Of a stretch of 35,402 nt of DNA, positions 12,391 through 22,200 are shown in pieces (positions within the stretch are counted from its first letter, which is position 1; each line of letters begins with the position of its first letter). Source of the stretch: Hydrurus foetidus (Eukaryota). The notes under the pieces were generated by a model. It was given only the letters and a program-made list of their open reading frames with translations, made no database searches and was not told the DNA's origin. Made by a program: the position numbers and the translations under genes. Location of the stretch: positions 1 through 35,402 of the forward strand of contig UYFQ01000361.1 of the NCBI GenBank assembly GCA_900617105.1. The letters run 5' to 3'.

Positions 12391-13539
12391 AGATGTTCTT
12401 CCTCTTTCAATCCCTCTTTCTCTTTCACTCCCTCTTCCTCTCCCTCTAGGCAGCCTGGACTAGTTCATCCCAGTCTAGTCTACACCCTTGCAGATATGTA
12501 CATGATGATCCTACATGAAAATACTGTACTTGCTTCTCGACCGAATTGCTCAACAACCTCGCGGTACTAACTTTGTTATGTTATTTGTACCGTACGACAC
12601 GAAATACCGTACGTGGTGCTGCAGATCCTCCCTTCCCTTTCCCTTCATTTCCTGCACTATCCAATCGCCTGTACTGTATTGAAAACTTTTCTATTCCATT
12701 TCTGTAACAGTTGAGCTGCAACACTGCATACATTTCAAAAAGCTCACTTCGCGAAATCCTCCGCACACACACGTTTCCTGTCCTATACAGTACAGTACTG
12801 TTAAGTATAGTATGGTACAGAACAGAACAGTTTCGAAGCAGATACGTACTCGCGTTTTGCAGTCAGCAGTCAGCAGTCAGTCAGTGTCAGTAGAGTTGCA
12901 TGAAAGGACACCACGCGACACTTCACCGACTTTGCGATGACGGCGCGTCCAATATGACGTCGACGACGCGCCATCTTAGTCATGCAAGCGCTTAAATCTT
13001 AAACATCATAACGACCATCTCGATGAGAGAAAGTTGAAATAAAATTAAATCAAATCAAAAATCACAAGGAAGATTAACATCCTAGAAAGCACACCCGAGT
13101 GAGTTGGAATGGGTCCAATTATGAAAGGGAAAAACTTATCCACGAGTTTTCCTTTCGATAAATCGGGAAATCATCGTTGGCAGATATCCGGAAATACAGT
13201 CCGGGTCCTGTAGTAACTTAGATCATTTTACAGTAAAATACAGAATTATTCGTTGTAGTTGCATATTAATACTGTAGAAACAGCTACAACGGAGTGTTTT
13301 TTCCACAGAAATAGTGGTGATTCAATAAAAAAGTGGCCATTTCAAGATTTTAGATGCGCTTCATTTTTTTCCAGAAAGGGAATCCCAAGAAACAGGAGAA
13401 GCCACAGAGGAAACGCCAGAGACACAACCATCAACCATTCCACATTAGTCACTAATACCCCTGCATTTTGAAGAGTATATACATCCTCAAGAAGGACCGC
13501 AGTACATGGGATAGAATCAGGCCACAGCCTCTGTATCTA

Positions 13540-14975
13540 ATGTCAAAAAAGAAAGTTCTTCTCATGGGGAAATCCGGGGCAGGGAAAACTTCCATGAGGT
13601 CAATTATTTTTGCGAACTACATGGCTCGTGATACTATGCGCCTCTCTCCCACTCGTAAGTCCATGACATGACAAACGTCACCCATTTTACCCGCACATTG
13701 ATGTTTTCTAGTCTGAAGTTGCTGTATCCACGGATCATTTGCAGTGGATGTTGAACACACGCACGTTCGATTCCTTGGAAATTTGGTTCTTAACCTATGG
13801 GATTGTGGAGGACAATATAGATTCTATGAAAGTTACTTTGACTCTCAGCGCGATACAATATTTAGAAATGTTGAAGTCCTGATATACGTTTTTGACATTG
13901 ACTCCGGCGATTTGGAAAATGACATAACTCTTTTCGATGGGATCTTGGAGGCGATGGAGCAGAACAGTCCCGACGCCTCAATCTTTATCCTTATTCACAA
14001 AATGGATCTGGTGTCTGAGGAAGATCGTGAGCGTGCTTTCGCAGAGCGATCATCTCTTATTCAAAGCCGATCTCAACAGTAAGAAAAGAACTGAATGACA
14101 TCAGTAGAGAGTCACATTGTGAAAATACATATCTGATGCGTTTATTTGCAATCAGGTTTAAGATGAAGTGTTTTGCGACATCAATATGGGATGAGACGCT
14201 GTACAGGTATGCGATTTCTGTCATCGAATTGTCCCTAGATGACCCAATAAAACTTACTCTTTGTCAGCCCTGAATAATGTAACATTTCCCCACCAACTCT
14301 TCACGACTCAGAGCTTGGTCACAGATCGTATACTCACTTATTCCTAACGTAGAGCTCCTTGAGACTCAACTAGAAGACTTCAGCACCATTTGCGGTGCTG
14401 ACGAAGTGGTGTTGTTTGAGAGGGCAACCTTCCTGGTCATCTCCCATATATCGAAATTAAAGTGAGTATTCCATGTATTTAACGTCGATCTGCAACAAAT
14501 GTGACAATTCTATGACGTATTAAAGGGAATGGGCCACTGCTCTGTTGTTCCCGACTGGAACGTCTCACCTGATCTCTATCGCATCACATCACATCGCATC
14601 GCATCACACCATCTACTCACTCCCATGCCGGATCACTCCCTTCTAACCTTCACGCAGAACCTCCCCACTCTCATCCTCATACTGCATGTCCTCACATCAT
14701 GTCACAGTTCCCAGCACTACGACACTCACCGCTTCGAAAGAGTGTCCAACATCATCAAGCAGTTCAAGCTCAGCTGCTCCAAGACTCAGTCTCAGTTTCA
14801 GGGAATGGAAGTGCGCAACTCTCAATTCACGGTGTACATCGACACTTTCACAGGGAACACTTACATCATGGTGATCACCACTGGGAACGGGTCCAAGATC
14901 CCCACCACACTGACTCAGCTCAACATCGCTGCTGCTAGGAAACACTTCGAGAAATTTATACCGGAGAACTCGTAG
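13540..14975 (+). CDS. RRAGA: Rag GTPase A/B (Gtr1), 305 aa; exons 13540-13654, 13745-14078, 14156-14206, 14312-14461, 14708-14975
   Basis: [24 protein letters not shown] (P-loop), [45 protein letters not shown] and [17 protein letters not shown] are RagA/Gtr1 hallmarks. Four GT-AG introns, frame-consistent (918 nt). Confidence 0.96.
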
Positions 14976-15370
14976 GAGGAGAAGGGAATCCGGTATAATC
15001 TAAGCGTACATATTTCAGAGACCAGTCTACGGTTTAAGAGGCTATCAGTATTGTTATTCTAGGAACCGCCATGGGCGAGTCTGAGAGAAAACTAGGATGC
15101 CGCGTGACTTCTATATTAATGCGGGAAATGCATGTATTGTTTTTTTAAACAGCATATTCAACAAAATCACGTGACTCCTCTTTCTTCTTGCACATCGAGA
15201 TCGTGCCGATAGGTTTTGCCCTGTATTTTCTTCCGTTTGCTCTCATCTCTCTCCGATGGTGTCAATCGCAACCGGATAAATTCATCTCGTGTGAACAAGA
15301 TTGGATTGGATTGTGTTGAACTTCCTGCAGAGTTGAAGGACCATCATTAGTCAGTTGAATATGGGTCTCA

Positions 15371-15535
15371 TTGCATAGCATAGCATAGCATAGCATAGCA
15401 TAGCCTTGCATAGCCTTGCATAGTATAGCATAGCATAGCATAGCATAGCCTAGCACAGCATAGGATAGCATAGCATAGCATAGCATAGCATTGCATAGCA
15501 TAGCATAGCATCGCATAGCATAGCATAGCATAGCA
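15371..15535. repeat. Pentanucleotide microsatellite (TAGCA)n, intergenic
   Basis: About 33 units, mostly perfect TAGCA. Confidence 0.97.
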
Positions 15536-16235
15536 AGGCTCTCAGATGCCATTACAATTAAATGTCGTAAGTAACAGCGCAAGACAATTCCGTGATTGAG
15601 CAGTCCCGATACGAACAGTCACACTACATCGTCTAGACAGAGAGAATTGCACAACTCAACCCTTTCAGACCAGTAACAGTAGACAAACTTTACAGCTTTT
15701 AGAATAGACGACCATCGAGTAAGAATTAAGTTAAGTTCAGTAAAGCTACTTGAAATATATCAAAAACAAGAACAAAAACGTCAGCCACCAGCAGGCAGCG
15801 GGCTGACAAAACCTCCGACCCCAATACGTTATACCGTGTAGCACAAGTGCAAGTAAATAATATTATGCATTGAAACAAGAGTGCATGTAAGTACATGGTA
15901 CATACGCACACGCACTATCATCACTAATACTGTACTTCATGTACAAGTAAGTACAAATATACGTCTACCGTGTACCGTGTGAACCGTGTGGATTGGGACG
16001 GCATCCGGCAAGCCGATACTAGGATGCTGATGCCTCCTGAATGAGAGAGGAGAGTGATGATGTGCTACCATAGAGGTGTTTTGTGTTTTTCCAGTACAAA
16101 TCAACATCAGAACTCTGCCATTTGCTTTGAGGTATTTCTGAAGGACCCAATCAATCATTAAACGCAATAACGTATCTCTGCTCTTAGATTTGGAGTTCTT
16201 AAAAACCTCATGAAACCATTAGCAACTTAAGAGTC

Positions 16236-19200
16236 ATGATTCCGCCGAAGTTGCTTTGCTGTGAAGACTCTTTGAGGATTTATACGAGCTCTCTATATCT
16301 GAATGAACACATTATTTCACAAACTCTTTCGCTGAATGATCCAGCGAGCTTGCAAAGGATGCAAATCCCATGCAGAGCTTTCGAATGTCAGCATTTACAA
16401 TGCTTTGATTTCAGTGTCACTGTGTCTATGAACGACAACAGTAAAGAGGGCAATTTTTTTAAGTGCTCGGTCTGCAATGAAAGAAGAAATCCAGAGAAGA
16501 TTTATGTGGATTTCGTAGCCCTTGCAATACTAAGATTGTATAAAAACTCAGACTCCTTCAAACTCTATCGTGATGGTACATTGCAACACTCTGGCACTAT
16601 CTCTACCGAGTATGAGGCTTTCGCCCTCAACTCCATTTTCGATATCAACCAGTTGTGCGATCTGCCTTCCTTCAAATCAGCCACAATATCGTTGAGTCAG
16701 CTCAGAACAACGAGCGTCTTCGATATCGGCGAATTCTTCAATAGGACACTCACACCGAAGGTTCTGGACTGGATAAACAAACCGCATAAATCTACTGCCA
16801 AAAAGGATGCAGAGCTGGGGAAAAAGATTGATGAGATGAAACCCATTTATGCGTCTACTTGGAAGGGCTTTGAGCATACTTTGCGTATGCTACCTGGTGT
16901 CGGTGAGAAGAAGAGTGCTAAGATTGTTTCTGACATTTTTCAAGAGTATGAAAGTGCTGCGACTGCTCATCTCGCGAAGATTACTTGTGGGCCACTGACT
17001 AAGGAGGAGACTCTGGCATTGAAGTTTGATCCGATAGTGCACGATAATGTTAATCCTAAACTGATCGACATGACGGTCGACCTATGCAGTGACGATGACG
17101 ATGTCGCTGACACTGTGGGCTTACCTACTGCTAGAGCTACTGATAAATCGACTTACAAAACGACTGGTGGATCAGCAATAGAAACATTTATGAAAGCTGC
17201 TCTCATCTCTAAATCTTCTCAAGCTGTTCCTCTCAATCACTCCGGTAGTGCACTAGTCCCTAGAGCAACCTCCTCCAGCTCGAATTCAACTCTTCCTCCT
17301 CTAGCTGGTATACTTCCTAATCAGACAGTGCCGCTTACTCGTCCTGCTTTCATTCCTCATATTGGGTCCTCAGTGCAGACACAGCGGAATGTTGCAGTGC
17401 CACGGAATATTCCTAATCAAAGTCAGAATCAAAGTCAGAATCAGAATCAGAATGTTCCTGGTTCACAAGCTTCTTTGAGTAATAGTACAGCTCGAACTCC
17501 AACAATAACCCTTGCGCCAAGTACAGTTACTGTTGCTGCAGCGCAAGAGAGGAACAGCGGATTCAACTACGCAGCGCCTCAACGCATCCCTATATCCATA
17601 CTGAATGCAGGGGGAGGAGGAGTAGCAGGAGGAGGGGGACAGATGTCCAGAGGCGCAGCTGCTGCTGCTAAGATCATAATGAAGGGCAATACTATACGGC
17701 CAACATACGCTGCCGCCACTTCCTCATCCATTCCTTCATCATCCTCTTCTTCCTCCTCCTCCTCCTCCTCCTCCTCCTCCTCCGTCTCTTCATCGTCTTC
17801 ATCCTCATCATTGCTGCCTCCCTTCTCCTCCATTCCTTCCTCCTCTTTTCCCGTTCCTTCCTCTTCATCTTCCTCTTCATCACTTGAAGTCCTCAGCTTA
17901 AATCCACCCCCTCGACCAGACTCTTCTTGGGGTCAGTGGAACCCCGTGGTCAACGGAACGCAATCACATGCGTCATCGGAATCTCAACCTCAATCTCAAT
18001 CAGTCCCTCAAGGGCAGAGCGTGATTGTGTCTCCACTGGTTGTGTCTGAGACGGCAGCAGAGTCAGTCAGGAAACCGAAGCGAGTCAGACAGAAGGATGC
18101 GAAGACTATTGAACCCGCTGACCTCGATGAAAATGGAGTTGAAGTAAAGAAGAAAAAGAAGAAAAAGGTCGAGAAAATAGTGAACCCCTTTCAAGTGATT
18201 TCTGGAATGGATCCTGCACTCGGATGCTCCAACAGCACTTCCTGTAAACGGCCGAATCCCACAGCCCATTTGGCCGGAGGGTTCTCGACAGCACGTGTAT
18301 GTAGAGGGGAGATGAAAGCAGAGATAGGCAGTGCTACTTCTGCTATTGCTGGTATAGATGGCCTAGCCGCATCGTCTAAGCGCCTCCGAGAGAAATCAGC
18401 CGTGCCTACAGGAGAGCAGCTGGCCTTGTTCCTTCACTGGATGGGCATCAAGAGGGTCTCGCAGTCCACACAGACAGGAGAAAGAGAAGGAGATGCAGAA
18501 GGCCACACACAAACAGGACAGGACAGAATGACTGCAACATTAACTCTAAGAGTACCTGAACGCACTACTCCCCTCCGTCCCACTGGCAACCCCTCTGGGG
18601 AGAAAGTATTAAATGTGCTGGGTCCTAGAACCATTGATCGGATGTTCCAACCAGAGGGGGACGATGAGAGAGACTACCCAGGTCGCAACTCAGCGACACC
18701 AGTGGAGAGTGACGCAGAGGAAGAGAAAGAGGGAGAGAAAGGAGGGGAGGAGGGAGGAGTTGTTCATGAGGGGAGTGCAGCCACAGACAGTACACTGATG
18801 GACAACGATTGCGCGGCATCAGGTCAGAGGGACAGTGTGGCTGTCGGAGTGGCAGTGGAAGAGGGAGTCATCTGCCCCTTAACGTGTACACCTGAAGTCC
18901 TGCAGAGGGTAGACACTCCCATTCCCACTCCCGTTCCGTCCACTCATGAATTCATTCTAATTGCTACTGCGATTCCAATACGAATGCAGTGTGATAACAA
19001 TGTTGTTAATGCCAATATCACTGCAACTGGAGGGAATCCTACCCTTGATGAATTCGACACAGTGCCCATGGACGTCTCCGACGACACTGAAGAGCACGTA
19101 CACGTACATGCACCTGCACTGTCACAAGTACGTACGGATGCACTCAGAGGGAATCGAACCTTTGACCTTCATCCAACAATTCCCATGACAGCATTTTTTA

Positions 19201-22200
19201 ACGGAATGAAGAGTGGGGTTGTTTGCAGCGACAGAAGTGTAGGCGGATTTAATAATGACGGTTTAAATAATAACGGTTCTCATACTAACGGTAACAACGT
19301 TGATATTAATAGTCAAAGTCATTGTCACAGCTATGATGGCAGTCAAAGAAATAACGATATTAATTGTGATGTAAGTGGTGGTAATGTGGGAGAGAATATG
19401 AGCAAGAATCATAATAAGGATGATAATGATAACGGTAACAACAATTTTTATCGTAATAATCCTGGCGATGTCAACAATATCAACGGTCATACTAATGTCC
19501 ACAACAATAATTGCTCTGGGCGCAGGGATGATCGAGGGAAGGAGGTTGCTATTCGTGAGAGTGATAGAGCTGATCGTGATGTCGTCTCTGCCAATAACAG
19601 TCACGTGCATGCCGGTAATGAAAAGCACAATAATGGTGGTACTGATAATAGTGATAGTAATGATAACAACAAATGTCACAACAGCAACAATAGTAACGGA
19701 GTCATCAGCAGCAGTAACAGAGATGGTGACGTTCGCAATGATAACACTGACACTCTCAATAGAAACGATAATGATGGTGAGAAAGCCATCAACAACACTG
19801 ACAGTCATGACAGTAATCGTGCTGTCATCATAGATGATCATGACTGTAATAATTTTATAAATAATAATAATAACAATAATAATGATAATAGTAATAACAA
19901 TAATGATGATAATAGTAATAACAATAATAATGATAATAGTAATAATAATGAAGATAGCAATAAAATCAGCAATGTAAGTAATAGTGACAACGATAATATC
20001 GATAATGACGATAACAAGAAAGATGACAGGAACGATCACGGTATGACGAAGAACGGGAGAGAAGAAGAACGTACGTGTGGTACAGCAGACGTAAGTACGA
20101 ACAGTGACGGCTTCCACACGCCCAACGAAGAAGAAGCCGCTAGAGATGAATTCAATTACGAAAATGAAAATGAGAATGGAGGTGACAGTCAAGGGGTGGG
20201 AAGAGGTATACTCAACAGCAATAGCAGTGTACTGAACAGTAATGGAGTCAGTCGAGACAATGGTCCTCATGATGTTGACAAAACAAAAGAGGGAGAAAAT
20301 CGGAGAGATAACGAGAAGGTGAGGAAGAGGGAAGGAGAGGACGAAGACTCTAACTCCGTTTACAGCGTCAATTTAGAGGATGAAGGTAAGGAAAAGGAGA
20401 ACAATAGGAAGGAGAAGAACAGCAATGACAGCGGAACATTCCCCTCAGGAACATTCCCCCCATTCCCTTTAGGAGCAGATGCAGTGCGTATTGAGGAAGA
20501 CTCGATCAGGATGTGTGACGATCTGGATGACGTCAGCACTGATTCTGACCCTGACAACGATCAGAACGACAGACAGTCGGACCGTCAGAACCTAAATCAA
20601 AATCAGAACAATCAAAATCAGAACAATCAAAATCAGAACAATCAAAATGAGAATATCGGAAGCGCTGTTGCCCCTGAGGGTTCTCACTGGGGATCTGATA
20701 GAGGGCGTACCGGAGTTACAGGAGATAGCGGGAACCGCACACACAGCCATGGGCCTGACGTGGGAAATACTCTGAACTCCATTGAGAGTGAGAGGGAGGT
20801 TGGAGTAACGTCTGTCTCAAGGCAGAACACGGTCGCAGAGGAGTTGAGAGGGAGAGGGAAGGTGGGTGATGCAACGGCTGATGCCTTTAAAGGTCATGGT
20901 CATGGTCATGCAGATCTAGTGGAGGGCAGAGACGCTGTGCCAAGGATGCTCGGTTGGGACACAGAGTCATCTGTCCCTGTTGCTGTTGCTCTCTCTGTGT
21001 CTGCTGATGTGCATTCACGTGCGTCATCTGCCTCCAGCTCTGCTGTGGGAGGTGGTCATGCAATTGCACCTGGTTCCGTGCTCGTGTTCTTGGAAGAGAG
21101 AGAAAGGGTCAGGGAGATAGAAAGGGAGAGACAGCTGATGCAGAGTGGAGCATCAGGATTAGGGTCGGGGTCAGGGTGTGACGCTCGGAAGGACGACAGT
21201 AGCTCGGAAGGGAATAACAATAGCATCAATGAGCACAATCACGGGGACGATAGTGCTGGGAAAGAGAGTGGGATAGAGAATGGCAGAAGACATGACAGCG
21301 ATATCAGCGGTATGGAGACAGCTGATGACACATCCGCTCCATCGACAGCTAGTCTGTTGGAGAGACTTCAGAGCCCGACAATCCCAGCAGCTCTACACAG
21401 CTCTCAGGATCTCCCTCTCAGCAGTGACTGTACTGCAGACTGTCCGGCTGATGGCATTCTTATGGCCAATGTTAATTTTAGCAGTAACCCTAAAGAACTG
21501 GCTCCAATAGCCACAGGAGCTGAGAAGCACGTACAAGCCCCTCCTGTTCGTACGAACAGGATCTATCACCGGGAGTCATCAGTAGCTCTAGCCGTGAAGA
21601 GGAAGATGCCGGTAAACACGTCCGCTCCATTTCAATCACGTGTATCCACCCCCTCACCCACTGTGTGCGTCACGGACAGTGTACCTCCCGCTGCTACTTA
21701 TGATGATTCCACTGATGGCGGTGACAATGGTGGTAGTAATGATGGTGGCGATGGTGCTGTTCCTGACAAAGACATTCTAGATTCCTCGGTCCAGGTTACC
21801 TCTATCCCATCTATCGTATGTCGTCCTTCTCTTCCTCTATCTCCCTCTTCATCCTCATCCTCTGCATCCTCACCTCCAAGGATGACCCCCTTCTCATCGA
21901 CATCATCTCACACGGCTCAGGTGTCACTCTCTACCACTGTCACATCCAAGTCTGTGCATCCCAGCTCTTCCTCTTCCTCTCTCGGTCACAACAGTCACAA
22001 CACGGAGACACCAGTGGCAGCGCCCATGAGGGACACATTCTCGTCTCGTTCATTGTTCCATCCCCGTCAATCCAACTCAATTCCAGAATCTAATTCCAGT
22101 ACCTCTGTCGTTCCTTCTTTCGGCTCTACTGCTATGATGTCTTCTTTCTCCACAATTTCCAAAACGACTCCAACCTGTGACACTGCTCCTTCCTCTTCCT

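Noticed and set aside
15167..15175. TCACGTGAC, CLEAR/E-box-like motif near RagA
   Set aside because: A single site lying 3' of the gene. The TFEB CLEAR system is an animal feature, and chance occurrence is likely.
15262..15582. (MLCYA)n ORF
   Set aside because: Translation of the TAGCA microsatellite.
16210..16230. 6-codon uORF just upstream of the SP-RING gene
   Set aside because: The TSS is unknown and such short ORFs are common by chance.
19263..20270. 335-aa Ile/Val/Thr-rich minus-strand ORF that looks like a membrane protein
   Set aside because: It is the antisense shadow of the AAT/GAT poly-Asn tract in the 2715-aa ORF.
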